Part shown: in pieces, positions 28,444 through 38,720 of the stretch | How positions within the stretch are numbered: the stretch's first letter is position 1 | Layout of the letters: each line of letters begins with the position of its first letter | Assembly (NCBI GenBank): GCA_037968795.1 | Contig: JBBKWE010000220.1 | Location: 1-59,439, forward strand | DNA length: 59,439 bases | Source of the DNA: Ferruginibacter sp. | GTDB taxonomy: Bacteria; Bacteroidota; Bacteroidia; Chitinophagales; Chitinophagaceae | Reading direction: 5' to 3' | Program-made: the position numbers and the translations under genes | The notes under the pieces: generated by a model | The model's input: the letters and a program-made list of their open reading frames with translations, nothing else | Database searches by the model: none | Told to the model about the DNA's origin: nothing

Positions 28444-30051
28444 TTGGCTACAACAATAACGATACAATTACCTTCAGATATTGCTACAAACGATATCGCT
28501 ATTAAAGAGGCGATCCGCAAGAAGCTAGGAAAGCAGGTACAAGATATTTTTCACTATAAAATTGTAAAGCGTTCTATTGATGCCCGGTCAAAGATGATCA
28601 AAATCATCTTGCAGATTGAAGTGTTTTCCCGTGAAGAAAAAATACCGGCGATTCCTCCATTGCAATATGACCTAGTAGGAGCGGCTGCACCCCATTGTAT
28701 AATTATAGGTGCCGGACCTGCCGGCTTGTTTGCCGCGCTACGACTTATAGAGTTAGGCATAAAACCTATTGTGCTGGAAAGGGGGAAAGATGTAAAAAGC
28801 CGTCGCAGAGATCTGGCTACGCTCAACAAAGAAGGAATTGTAGACCCGGACAGTAACTATTGTTTTGGCGAAGGAGGGGCAGGAACTTATAGTGACGGAA
28901 AGCTATACACAAGAAGTGGTAAGCGGGGCAGTATTGCCCGTATACTAGATAGGTTTGTTCACTTTGGCGCTGCAGAAAATATTTTATATGATGCTCATCC
29001 ACACATTGGCACAAATAAACTACCCAAAATTATTACTGCTATCCGGGAGCAGATTCTCGCCAGCGGGGGCGAGGTGCATTTTAGGAAAAAAGTAGTAGAT
29101 ATTATAGTAAACGACAGCAAGATAGAGAAGGTGCTTTGTGAGGGTGGAGATTATTACTGCGCAGCGCATTACATCTTGGCAACAGGCCATTCCGCGAAAG
29201 ATATTTTTCATTTGTTATATAAGAGAGGCATATCTATTGAGCAAAAACCTTTTGCCTTGGGCGTCAGGGTAGAGCATAAGCAAGGCCTCATAGATAATAT
29301 ACAATATGGGCAAAGCTCGCAGATAGAAGAGGCGGAGGAAGAAAGTAAATATTTGCCTCCTGCCAGTTACAGCCTCGTGCAGCAAATACAAGGGACGGGT
29401 GTATATTCTTTTTGCATGTGTCCGGGCGGCATCATAGCCCCTGCGGCTACTGAGGCTGGGTTGCTGGTAGTGAATGGCTGGAGCCCATCAAAGCGAAATA
29501 ACCCTTACGCTAATAGTGGCATAGTTGTAGAATTACAAAAACAAGAAGTACTCGAATATATGCCCGAGGCTGATGATAATGACCCACTGTTATTCTTAAA
29601 ATTTCAAGAAAAAGTAGAAGCAGGAATATATAAATTAGGAGGAGGAAATTTTGTAGCGCCCGCACAGCGGCTTATTGATTTCTGCAAAGACAGACTTTCT
29701 GAAGACCTGCCGGCAAATTCTTATATCCCGGGTTTGAAATCGGCCAGACTCTCTGAAGCGTTACCACCCTTTGTGTACAAAAGATTAGTAGGAGCCTTTA
29801 AGGCATTTGGTAAAAAGCTAAAAGGGTATTATACAAATGAAGCTGTGGTAGTGGCTACCGAAAGTAGAACAAGCAGCCCGGTGCGTATTCCCAGAGATAA
29901 AGAATCGCTGGAGCATATTCATATAAGTAACCTTTATCCTTGCGCAGAAGGTGCGGGCTATGCGGGCGGCATAGTAAGCGCCGCAATAGATGGCGAGCAA
30001 GTGGCAGAAAAAATAGCTGCAAAGTTTTCCTCCCAAAATAAAACTTTATAA
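28444..30051 (+). CDS. NAD(P)/FAD-dependent oxidoreductase (uncharacterised family)
   Basis: IIGAGPAG, FGEGGAGTYSDGKL, HPHIGT, FCMCPGG, ESRTSSPVRI and EGAGYAGGI. Confidence 0.9.
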   Translation: MATTITIQLPSDIATNDIAIKEAIRKKLGKQVQDIFHYKIVKRSIDARSKMIKIILQIEVFSREEKIPAIPPLQYDLVGAAAPHCIIIGAGPAGLFAALRLIELGIKPIVLERGKDVKSRRRDLATLNKEGIVDPDSNYCFGEGGAGTYSDGKLYTRSGKRGSIARILDRFVHFGAAENILYDAHPHIGTNKLPKIITAIREQILASGGEVHFRKKVVDIIVNDSKIEKVLCEGGDYYCAAHYILATGHSAKDIFHLLYKRGISIEQKPFALGVRVEHKQGLIDNIQYGQSSQIEEAEEESKYLPPASYSLVQQIQGTGVYSFCMCPGGIIAPAATEAGLLVVNGWSPSKRNNPYANSGIVVELQKQEVLEYMPEADDNDPLLFLKFQEKVEAGIYKLGGGNFVAPAQRLIDFCKDRLSEDLPANSYIPGLKSARLSEALPPFVYKRLVGAFKAFGKKLKGYYTNEAVVVATESRTSSPVRIPRDKESLEHIHISNLYPCAEGAGYAGGIVSAAIDGEQVAEKIAAKFSSQNKTL

Positions 30052-30099
30052 GTTTGTAACATTTTCATTTCCATTTGCATCAAAGTAAAAAAGAACAGA

Positions 30100-31029
30100 A
30101 TGGCATTATTAGAAGTAAACAATTTAGTAAAACAATTTGCTACTCAAAAGGCGGTAAATGATATTAGTTTTAAGATTGAAGCAGGAAGTATTTTTGGTTT
30201 GCTTGGACCCAATGGAGCTGGTAAGACAACTCTGCTGCGTATGATTACCGGAATATTTTTGCCAGATAGTGGCAGTATAAATTTTCATGGAAAGCCATTT
30301 AATGTTTTAGAAGATACCATACAAATAGGCTATATGCCTGAGGAGCGGGGTTTGTATAAGAAAATGAAAATAGGCGAGCAGGCAGTCTATCTCGCCAGGC
30401 TCAAAGGGCTTAAAAGTAAAGATGCTGAGCAAAGAGTAAAGGAATGGTTCACAAGATTAGAAATGCAATCCTGGTGGGATAAAAAAGTAGAAGACCTAAG
30501 TAAGGGAATGCAGCAAAAGCTGCAGTTTGTAACCACTGTGGCACACAATCCTTCTCTTATAATATTAGACGAACCCTTTAGCGGCCTTGATCCTGTGAAT
30601 GCCAATCTTATAGAAGCAGAAATTTTTGAACTGGCAAAGAATGGTGCTACCATCATCTTTAGTACACACCGTATGAGTCAGGTAGATGAGATATGTGACC
30701 ATATCGTAATGATAAACAAAGGTGAGAAAGTGCTGGACGGAACTGTAAATGATGTGAAGCAGCAGTATAAGGACAATGTCTTTCAGCTCACAGCAAGTAC
30801 TGTAGCAGAAAACATGATGACCTCCCTTTTTGATGTAGTAGACCACAAACCAGATACCCTTCGATATAAATTAAACAAGGGTGTGCAAAGTAACGATGTA
30901 CTCAAATATTTTATTGAAAATGGTGTACAAATTGATGGCTTTGAAGAAGTAATGCCTACTATAAATGACATTTTTATAAAACTGGTAGAGGGCACTGCAA
31001 ATGCCAGGGAATTTACAAGAACTAAGTAA
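30100..31029 (+). CDS. ABC transporter ATP-binding protein (NatA/YhaQ-like)
   Basis: GPNGAGKTT, YMPEERGLY, LSKGMQQK and LDEPFSGLDP. Confidence 0.93.
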   Translation: MALLEVNNLVKQFATQKAVNDISFKIEAGSIFGLLGPNGAGKTTLLRMITGIFLPDSGSINFHGKPFNVLEDTIQIGYMPEERGLYKKMKIGEQAVYLARLKGLKSKDAEQRVKEWFTRLEMQSWWDKKVEDLSKGMQQKLQFVTTVAHNPSLIILDEPFSGLDPVNANLIEAEIFELAKNGATIIFSTHRMSQVDEICDHIVMINKGEKVLDGTVNDVKQQYKDNVFQLTASTVAENMMTSLFDVVDHKPDTLRYKLNKGVQSNDVLKYFIENGVQIDGFEEVMPTINDIFIKLVEGTANAREFTRTK

Positions 31030-31049
31030 TTACAGAAAAATTTTTAGCG

Positions 31050-32345
31050 ATGAATAAGATAGGATTAATAGTAGGACGAGAGTACCTTACAAGAGTAAGA
31101 AAAAAGTCTTTCCTTATCACAACTATAGCAGTGCCTCTAGTGATGGTAGGCTTCTATGCTGTTATTCTAATGATTGCTTTTAAAGGAAGTAGCGACCAGC
31201 AAAAAATAGCAGTGGTAGATAAAGCGGGCATTTTTTCTGACAGTTTATTTGCTAGCAGTAAGAAAGAAAGTATTCAATATGACCTTATAAAATCTGCCGA
31301 TGCGGACGCAATAAGCACAGGATATAAAGACAAAGGCTATGATGCGGTCTTACAAATTCCTCAGTTAGATATAGATAATCCTACTGGGATTGTGATTCAC
31401 AGCCAGTCTTCTCTTAGTCTTACGACTACCAGCAGAATAGAGAATATGGTGGATAATGTTATTCTCGACAAAAGATTGCAAATACAAGGCATAGACCCAG
31501 AGTCGTATAAAAAATTGAATGCCTCTGTAAACATTGAGAATACCATAGACACAAAAGATGGCTCCAAGAAATCCGTAGCCGGAGTAGCTTACGCAGTTTC
31601 TTTTGCTTGCGGTATGCTTATATATATAATGATGATCATTTACGGAGCACAGGTGATGCGTGGAGTTATGGAAGAAAAGACAAATCGTATTGCAGAAGTT
31701 GTAGTGAGTTCTGTAAAACCATTTCAACTTATGATGGGTAAGATCTTGGGTATAGGTGCTGTAGGTCTTACGCAGTTTAGTATATGGATTGTGCTTACGG
31801 TATTGGCGCAGGCGGTAGTTCCGCTTATTTTTCCAGAACTAATGCAAAAAATGAATTCCGTTTCCCCAGAGGAGACTACCTCTATGGCGGCAACAATTAC
31901 TCAAGGAATTTCTTCTCTCCCACTCCTTAAGATAGGACTATCCTTTATGTTCTACTTTATAGGCGGCTATCTTACTTATGCTTCTTTATTTGCTGCCGTA
32001 GGTAGTGTGGTAAGCGAAGACCAGCAAGAAGCTCAGCAATTGATGTTCCCAATACTGATGCCCATTATCCTTGGGTTTGTGATCATGATGCAGGCAGTAA
32101 ATGTGCCACATAGTACCCTCGCTATTTTTGGTAGTATTTTTCCGCTTACATCTCCTATAGTTATGATGGGTAGGATTACTTACGATATTCCGGTATGGCA
32201 AATGGCGACTTCTATGATCTTGCTTATAGCTTGTTTCTTATTTTTTACCTGGGTTACGGCAAAAATTTACCGCACCGGTATTCTGATGTACGGCAAGAAA
32301 CCTAGCTGGAAAGAGATGTTGAAGTGGGGATTTCGCAAGGGATGA
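31050..32345 (+). CDS. ABC-2 type permease (NatB/YhaP-like)
   Basis: REYLTRV, GVMEEKTNRIAEV, GKILG and KIYRTGILMYGK; one N-terminal plus several C-terminal TM segments. Confidence 0.92.
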   Translation: MNKIGLIVGREYLTRVRKKSFLITTIAVPLVMVGFYAVILMIAFKGSSDQQKIAVVDKAGIFSDSLFASSKKESIQYDLIKSADADAISTGYKDKGYDAVLQIPQLDIDNPTGIVIHSQSSLSLTTTSRIENMVDNVILDKRLQIQGIDPESYKKLNASVNIENTIDTKDGSKKSVAGVAYAVSFACGMLIYIMMIIYGAQVMRGVMEEKTNRIAEVVVSSVKPFQLMMGKILGIGAVGLTQFSIWIVLTVLAQAVVPLIFPELMQKMNSVSPEETTSMAATITQGISSLPLLKIGLSFMFYFIGGYLTYASLFAAVGSVVSEDQQEAQQLMFPILMPIILGFVIMMQAVNVPHSTLAIFGSIFPLTSPIVMMGRITYDIPVWQMATSMILLIACFLFFTWVTAKIYRTGILMYGKKPSWKEMLKWGFRKG

Positions 32346-32474
32346 TTATTTTGCTGTGCTAATAGCTATATAGGTTTTATACGCACAATACTCTTTTGTT
32401 AAGATCAATTCTTTAAAACTTGTAAATTATTCCTCATCATTTTTTCAGGCACACATCAACTCACCGTTCCTCCA

Positions 32475-33242
32475 CTGCGTATCATCTCGCTCGTTCCTTC
32501 GCAAACGGAGTTATTGTATTACCTGGGGCTTGCAGATGAAGTAGTAGGAATCACTAAATTTTGCGTACACCCCGCTCACTGGCGGGAATCAAAAAAAATT
32601 GTAGGAGGTACAAAAAATTTACATATAGATAGGATAGATACACTCTTGCCGGATCTTATTATTGCCAATAAAGAAGAAAACGAAAAAGAAGCCATTGAAG
32701 AATTGGCCAAAAAATATCCAGTTTTAGTTACGGATGTGAAGGATATTACATCTGCCACACAAATGATTGCAGATATATCGACAATTTGTGATAGAAAAAA
32801 AGAAGGTGAGGTCTTGGTAAAAGCAATTGAGGAAAAAGTATCATTGTTTAAAAGTATTATAAACCTTGATGATATTCCTACAGCGTACCTCATTTGGCAG
32901 GAACCCTATATGACCATTGGCGCAGATACTTTTATACATAGCATGCTTTCCCTAGCCGGCTTTAAAAATATTTTTGGCACAGAAACAAGATATCCCTCGG
33001 TTACTCTAGAAAGGTTGCAAAAAGAAGATGTGCAGCTCATTTTATTGAGTAGCGAGCCTTATCCATTTAGTGAAAAGCATATACAGGAGCTAAAAAATCA
33101 TTTGCCCGAAAAGCTAATCAGACTTGTAGATGGAGAAATGTGTAGCTGGTACGGAAGCCGTATGCTGCAAGGGCTGGATTATCTACATAAAATGAAGGAA
33201 GAAATAGCTTTTGCTTTTGCCAATGGGAAACCTTACTTTTAA
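32475..33242 (+). CDS. Helical-backbone metal/cobalamin-binding protein (BtuF-like); start uncertain
   Basis: RIISLVPSQTELL lies in frame upstream of the TTG at 32514; also GITKFCVHP, GGTK, ANKEEN, LSSEPYPF and DGEMCSWYG. Confidence 0.8.
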   Translation: MRIISLVPSQTELLYYLGLADEVVGITKFCVHPAHWRESKKIVGGTKNLHIDRIDTLLPDLIIANKEENEKEAIEELAKKYPVLVTDVKDITSATQMIADISTICDRKKEGEVLVKAIEEKVSLFKSIINLDDIPTAYLIWQEPYMTIGADTFIHSMLSLAGFKNIFGTETRYPSVTLERLQKEDVQLILLSSEPYPFSEKHIQELKNHLPEKLIRLVDGEMCSWYGSRMLQGLDYLHKMKEEIAFAFANGKPYF

Positions 33243-33285
33243 CTTTCCCATTTTCTTACATTTGTAAAAAATCAATAGAACTATT

Positions 33286-34356
33286 ATGAGTAAATACAAT
33301 TCCGGTGTGTTGTTTGGCGATGAACTAGAAGCCTTGTATAAAGATGCAAAAGAAAATAAATTTGCCCTGCCTGCTGTCAACTGCATAGGGACAAATTCTA
33401 TCAATGCCAGCTTAGAGAGTGCCGCAAAAGTAAACTCCCCTATTATTATACAATTTAGCAATGGTGGGGCACAGTTCGTGGCTGGTAAAGGAATGCCCAA
33501 TGATCAATTACAAGGAAATATAAAAGGAGCAGTATCTGCTGCGCTTCATATACATAATGTAGCGCAAGATTACGGAGTGCCGGTGGTATTACACACTGAC
33601 CATGCGGCTAAGAAGTGGCTACCATGGGTAAGCGGATTGATAGATGCTGGGGAATCTTTTTATAAAACAAATGGCAGACCGCTGTACAGCTCTCACATGC
33701 TAGACCTTAGCGAAGAAACGCTTGAAGAAAATATAAGCACTTCTGTAGAATTTTATAAAAGACTTGCTCCGCTGGGTATGGGTATAGAGATAGAGCTGGG
33801 CGTAACCGGTGGCGAGGAAGATGGAGTCGACAATACGGATGTAGATAATGAAAAATTATATACACAGCCAGAGCATGTATGGCATGCCTATAAAGAACTA
33901 AGTGAGGTAGGAAGTTTATTTACTGTAGCTGCAGCCTTTGGCAATGTGCATGGTGTGTACAAGCCTGGTAATGTAGAGCTTCGACCAGTGATTTTGCATA
34001 CCTCGCAAGAGTATGTAAAAAAGCAGCTAGGTACCTCAGAAGATAAGCCGGTATATTATGTATTCCATGGTGGTAGTGGCTCTCCGCAAGATCAGATCAG
34101 AGAAGCAATAGGCTACGGAGCTATAAAGATGAACCTGGATACGGATCTGCAGTGGGCCTCATGGGAAGGAGTTTTAAATTACTATAAGGGCAATGAAGCC
34201 TTTTTGCAAACGCAGCTAGGCAACCCTGATGGTGATGATAAGCCAAACAAAAAATATTATGACCCAAGAGTGTGGCTGAGAAAAGCGGAGGAAAGTTTTG
34301 CAAAGAGATTAGAGGTTTGTTTTGACGACCTCAACTGCATTAATAGAAATGCCTAA
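33286..34356 (+). CDS. fbaA: Class II fructose-bisphosphate aldolase
   Basis: LHTDH, SSHMLDLS, GGEEDG, FGNVHGVY, FHGGSG and PNKKYYDPR; TACATTTG at 33257-33264 upstream. Confidence 0.97.
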   Translation: MSKYNSGVLFGDELEALYKDAKENKFALPAVNCIGTNSINASLESAAKVNSPIIIQFSNGGAQFVAGKGMPNDQLQGNIKGAVSAALHIHNVAQDYGVPVVLHTDHAAKKWLPWVSGLIDAGESFYKTNGRPLYSSHMLDLSEETLEENISTSVEFYKRLAPLGMGIEIELGVTGGEEDGVDNTDVDNEKLYTQPEHVWHAYKELSEVGSLFTVAAAFGNVHGVYKPGNVELRPVILHTSQEYVKKQLGTSEDKPVYYVFHGGSGSPQDQIREAIGYGAIKMNLDTDLQWASWEGVLNYYKGNEAFLQTQLGNPDGDDKPNKKYYDPRVWLRKAEESFAKRLEVCFDDLNCINRNA

Positions 34357-34368
34357 AGCATATTTTTT

Positions 34369-35280
34369 ATGAATAATGAATTAGATACTAGTTCCAGTTT
34401 TGGCAATTATGACTTTGATATGGGAGAAGATAAAACAACATGGTTTAGGAGAATTAAGAAGGGAATTCTTACTTCTACCAGAGATAAAAAGGATGCGCCG
34501 GAAGGTTTGTGGGTAAAATGCCCAAAATGTAAGCATACTGATACGGCGCACGACATTGCAGAAAACCTGTACGTGTGCCCGCAGTGCGACTATCATAATA
34601 GAATTGGCAGTTTAGAATATTTTTCCATTTTATTTGATGGCGGCAATTACACCGAAATGTTTGCTAACATAGTGAGCAAGGATGAACTAGACTTTGTAGA
34701 CCTGAAACCCTACAAGAAACGGCTGGAAGAGACTTATAAAAAAACAGATATTCATGATTCAATAACAGTTGGTCGTGGCAAGCTTAATAAACATCCGTTT
34801 GTAATAGCTTGTATGGATTTTGATTTTATAGGCGGCAGCCTGGGTAGTGTGATGGGAGAAAAAATATGCAGAGCCTGCGATTACTGTCTTGAGCATAATA
34901 CTCCTTTTATGATTATAAATAAAAGTGGAGGTGCTCGTATGATGGAAAGCGCTTTTTCTCTTATGCAACTAGCTAAGACCAGTGGCAAGCTTACACTGCT
35001 GAGCAATGCTAAGATTCCATACATATCAATGTGTACAGATCCTACTTTTGGGGGTACTACGGCATCTTTTGCGATGCTGGGCGATGTGATTTTTGCAGAG
35101 CCAGATGCTCTCATAGGATTTGCCGGTCCAAGGGTAATTAAAGAAACAATTAAAAGAGACTTACCAGAAGGATTCCAAAGGAGCGAGTTTCTGCTGGAGC
35201 ATGGCTTTCTCGATTTTATAGTACACAGAAAAGACCTGAAAGAGAAGCTGGCGCAAGTGTTATCTTTCTTTGCAAATTAA
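34369..35280 (+). CDS. accD: Acetyl-CoA carboxylase carboxyltransferase beta subunit
   Basis: LWVKCPKC...VCPQC zinc finger, GGSLGSV, SGGARMME and GFAGPRVI. Confidence 0.96.
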   Translation: MNNELDTSSSFGNYDFDMGEDKTTWFRRIKKGILTSTRDKKDAPEGLWVKCPKCKHTDTAHDIAENLYVCPQCDYHNRIGSLEYFSILFDGGNYTEMFANIVSKDELDFVDLKPYKKRLEETYKKTDIHDSITVGRGKLNKHPFVIACMDFDFIGGSLGSVMGEKICRACDYCLEHNTPFMIINKSGGARMMESAFSLMQLAKTSGKLTLLSNAKIPYISMCTDPTFGGTTASFAMLGDVIFAEPDALIGFAGPRVIKETIKRDLPEGFQRSEFLLEHGFLDFIVHRKDLKEKLAQVLSFFAN

Positions 35281-35349
35281 TTACGAAATAAAATAACACA
35301 GTACCTGTGAACAAAATAACTCGTGCCAGCGAGTATTTAAAATAAAGTT

Positions 35350-35808
35350 TTGAGCAAGAAACCCATAGCACTAGAACTAAAGAATCGAAAGGCTTTTCAT
35401 GATTATTTTTTTGAAGAGACCTATGTAGCGGGTATGGTGTTGCAGGGTACAGAAATAAAGGCTATTCGTACTGGTAAAGTGAGTTTCAATGATAGCTATT
35501 GCATTTTTTATAAGAAAGAATTGTTTGTAAAAAGTTTGCACATTTCTGAATACGCCTTTGGTACTTTAGCCAATCATGAGCCTTTGCAGGAAAGAAAATT
35601 GTTGCTCAATAGGAGAGAGTTAAATAAACTGCTTGATAAGACCAAAGAAAAAGGCTACAGTATAATCCCGCTTAAAATATTCCTAAATGATAAAGGAATA
35701 GCAAAAATGGAAATAGGACTGGGCAAAGGGAAGAAAAACTACGACAAGCGGGAAACGCTTAAAGAAAGAGATACCACCCGCGATATAAAAAGGCAATACG
35801 GGTTGTAA
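35350..35808 (+). CDS. smpB: SsrA-binding protein
   Basis: NRKAFHDY, GMVLQGTEIKAIR, RKLLL and GKGKKNYDKR. Confidence 0.97.
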   Translation: MSKKPIALELKNRKAFHDYFFEETYVAGMVLQGTEIKAIRTGKVSFNDSYCIFYKKELFVKSLHISEYAFGTLANHEPLQERKLLLNRRELNKLLDKTKEKGYSIIPLKIFLNDKGIAKMEIGLGKGKKNYDKRETLKERDTTRDIKRQYGL

Positions 35809-35841
35809 ATTTTTTGGTAGAATTCTTGTTTAATTCTTTTT

Positions 35842-36198
35842 ATGAAAAAAATCCCTGTAGCAATATTTCTATTCTCTATATTATTGACTGCTTGCGGTAA
35901 AAAGATAAATCCTGCAAAACAGAAAAACGAGAAGAACACCTCGGCTTCAGCAGATAGTGAATCTTCCAAAGATTCCGTTACTGTTGTAATAGCTCTTCCT
36001 CCCAAACCACCAGCTCCTGTAAAAAAGACAATTCCAAAATTTATTATTCTAAGTGATGCTGTAGCTAAAAAAGCTGTGGATGGTCGTTTGTACTACGATT
36101 TGGAGGGAAAGCGCTATTGGAAAAACTACAAGGACGGTAAATATTACTTGTACAACAAAAGTATGATGAGTGATCCTGATTATAAACCGAGGCATTAA
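35842..36198 (+). CDS. Hypothetical lipoprotein
   Basis: Lipobox LTAC, Pro-rich linker and aromatic C-terminal domain (DGRLYYD...RYWKNYKDGKYY). Confidence 0.8.
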   Translation: MKKIPVAIFLFSILLTACGKKINPAKQKNEKNTSASADSESSKDSVTVVIALPPKPPAPVKKTIPKFIILSDAVAKKAVDGRLYYDLEGKRYWKNYKDGKYYLYNKSMMSDPDYKPRH

Positions 36199-36305
36199 AC
36201 AAGTTTTGACACCGATACACAAATATTTAAAAAATTAGTTCATTTTACTTAGCTCTGTATTTAGAAACTACTACTCCGTTAATGAACAGTGATAATTTAA
36301 GCGAC

Positions 36306-36341
36306 AAAAAAATAGACCATCACTTCAAAGTGATGGTCTTT
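36306..36341. terminator. Bidirectional terminator between convergent genes
   Basis: AGACCATCACT/AGTGATGGTCT 11-bp stem. Confidence 0.8.
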
Positions 36342-36362
36342 AACATTAAACAGGCTCAAGTA

Positions 36363-38507
36363 TTATACAGGTGTTTTTTCTGCCACCTTACTTCTGTCCC
36401 AGTTGCGATGTTTCTTAATACTTTCAATAAAATTTCCAGCAGGCTCATCAATATGAATTGAGGAGTCCTTGAGGTATTTTTTAGCAAAGCTGGCATCTAA
36501 TAATTTTTTGCCTTCTCCATCCGCTGCAATGGCTTTACAATACTTGAACGTCTCGTTTACAAACTTTATATACTTTGCTTCCTTTAGCAATTCTGTTATA
36601 GAGTCTTCTCCACCCGGGATATATATAGCATCATACAGTACGCTTTCTGTAGTACTTATAGCTGCATCTACATTGTATGATTTCTTGCCACTAGCTGCAG
36701 TTATTTTACCACCTTTTGGAGCTATAATATGTACAACTGCCCCTTTTTTAAGCAGGGATGTTTTCATTTTATCCAATTGAGCTCCGTTTACACCATCAGC
36801 AGCAAGTACAGCCACTTTCCTTGTAGCAATGGATTCAAATTTTGTATTTGCCTGGCTAAGCGAAGGTGATGTTTCTAAATAATTTTCCGCAGGTCCGGGT
36901 TGATGTTTCTCAACATCTGCATCTGCGCCTATCGCTTGATTAATGGGATTATTTATGGATGCAGGAATCTGCATTCCCAGGTTTGTAGCTACGATATTCG
37001 CCAGTTTTTCATTGATCTGACTTATAAGCCAAAGCATTCTTTGCTTGATAGTTTCATTCATGCATTTCCCAAGCTCAAAGCTATATGCGTTAGCTACATG
37101 ATCTTGTTCCCAGGAAGAGAGGCTGCGGTAAAACAATGCAGGCTGAGAGAAATGGTCCTTAAAACTTTCACTCCGCGATCTTATTTTATGCGCATCTATT
37201 TTCTCTGCATAATGCTCAAAAGCTCCTTCAGAAACTTTGGATAAATGAGGGCATCCACCACCTAAGGTATTCGGAAAATATGCCGTTCGTCCTTTTGGGA
37301 TTTCTGTCTGCATGTGTCCATCTCGTTGATTATTGTGCCGGGGAACAATAGGTTTATTGATAGGTATCTGATGAAAGTTTGGACTACCTAGCCTGGATAA
37401 CTGCGTATCTCTGTAAGAAAATAACCTTCCCTGCAGCAACGGGTCGTTGGAGAAATCTATGCCGGGTACAATATGCCCGGGCAGAAATGCTACCTGCTCT
37501 GTTTCTGCAAAGAAATTTTCAGGGTTTTTATTCAAAGTCATTTTTCCTACGATCGTTACCGGAATTAGCTCTTCGGGAATGAGCTTCGTCGGATCCAGGA
37601 TATCAAAAGGGTATTTATGCTCGTCTTCTTCTGGTATGATCTGGAAACCGAGTTCCCACTCAGGGAATTGTCCGCTGTCTATGGCATCCCACAGATCTCG
37701 TCTGTGAAAATCTGCATCTGCACCGCTTATTTTTACCGCTTCTTCCCAGGTTACAGAATGTACTCCCAGTAACGGCTTCCAATGAAATTTCACAAAGTGC
37801 GACTTTCCTTCCTTATTTATAAGTCTATAAGTGTGTATTCCAAAGCCTTCCATCATACGATAACTACGGGGAAGTCCTCTGTCGCTCATCGCCCAAATAT
37901 GGTTATGAAGTGTCTCTGTAGAGTGGGAGACAAAGTCATAAAATGTGTCGTGGGCAGAAGCAGCCTGCGGAATCTCTTTATTAGGCTCGGGTTTTACAGA
38001 ATGTACAAGGTCAGGAAATTTCATGGCATCTTGTATAAAAAATACAGGCATATTATTTCCTACCAGATCCCAGGTACCCTCTTCAGTATAGAATTTTACA
38101 GCAAAACCTCTCACGTCTCTTGCCAGGTCTGTAGAACCTTTGGAGCCTGCTACCGTAGAAAATCTTACAAAGACAGGTGTTGTGCCACTTGTATCATTAA
38201 AGATCCCGGCTTTTGTGTATGCCGACATATTTTTATATAGTTCAAAATACCCGTGTGCTCCACTACCCCTGGCATGAACTATTCTCTCTGGGATTCGTTC
38301 GTGATCAAAGTTGGTGATCTTCTCCCTCAGCAAAAAATCTTCCAGCAGAGTAGGACCACGTTCCCCGGCCTTGAGCGAATTATTAGTGTCATTTACTTTA
38401 AGCCCTTGGTTGGTTGTAAGAGGCATATCTGTGCCGTCAGACATATACTCCTGCAGTTGTTCTTGTTTTAGTGTCGAAGGCTGCTTTTCTTCTTTTTTAT
38501 TTTTCAT
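36363..38507 (-). CDS. katE: Large-subunit catalase HPII
   Basis: FDHERIPERIVHARG, RFSTV, DLVGNN, RLFSYRDTQ and a C-terminal DJ-1/GATase-like domain; likely start MKNKK at 38507. Confidence 0.96.
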   Translation of the reverse strand: MKNKKEEKQPSTLKQEQLQEYMSDGTDMPLTTNQGLKVNDTNNSLKAGERGPTLLEDFLLREKITNFDHERIPERIVHARGSGAHGYFELYKNMSAYTKAGIFNDTSGTTPVFVRFSTVAGSKGSTDLARDVRGFAVKFYTEEGTWDLVGNNMPVFFIQDAMKFPDLVHSVKPEPNKEIPQAASAHDTFYDFVSHSTETLHNHIWAMSDRGLPRSYRMMEGFGIHTYRLINKEGKSHFVKFHWKPLLGVHSVTWEEAVKISGADADFHRRDLWDAIDSGQFPEWELGFQIIPEEDEHKYPFDILDPTKLIPEELIPVTIVGKMTLNKNPENFFAETEQVAFLPGHIVPGIDFSNDPLLQGRLFSYRDTQLSRLGSPNFHQIPINKPIVPRHNNQRDGHMQTEIPKGRTAYFPNTLGGGCPHLSKVSEGAFEHYAEKIDAHKIRSRSESFKDHFSQPALFYRSLSSWEQDHVANAYSFELGKCMNETIKQRMLWLISQINEKLANIVATNLGMQIPASINNPINQAIGADADVEKHQPGPAENYLETSPSLSQANTKFESIATRKVAVLAADGVNGAQLDKMKTSLLKKGAVVHIIAPKGGKITAASGKKSYNVDAAISTTESVLYDAIYIPGGEDSITELLKEAKYIKFVNETFKYCKAIAADGEGKKLLDASFAKKYLKDSSIHIDEPAGNFIESIKKHRNWDRSKVAEKTPV

Positions 38508-38671
38508 GTTTATAGTATTGAGTATTTGTATTGAGTTTAGGATAGCGACATCCACTTTAGTCTCTTAACCATGCAGACCAGTATTTTTTTTATTGGAGCA
38601 AGGGAAAACATCAAAAGTTGATGACCTTTGCAAATGAGTGTGGCGCACCAAAGTGTACCGGGCAAATACAG

Positions 38672-38702
38672 AAAAAAATGCGACTATTCAGCCGCATTTT
38701 TT
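38672..38702 (-). terminator. Terminator after DUF4142
   Basis: AAAAAAATGCG...CGCATTTTTT inverted repeat. Confidence 0.6.
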
Positions 38703-38720
38703 CGAGTACGTCATTACTTA

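Noticed and set aside
32346-32474. Cobalamin riboswitch before the BtuF-like gene
   Set aside because: Region is short and AT-rich, with no B12-box or GGGAA core motifs.
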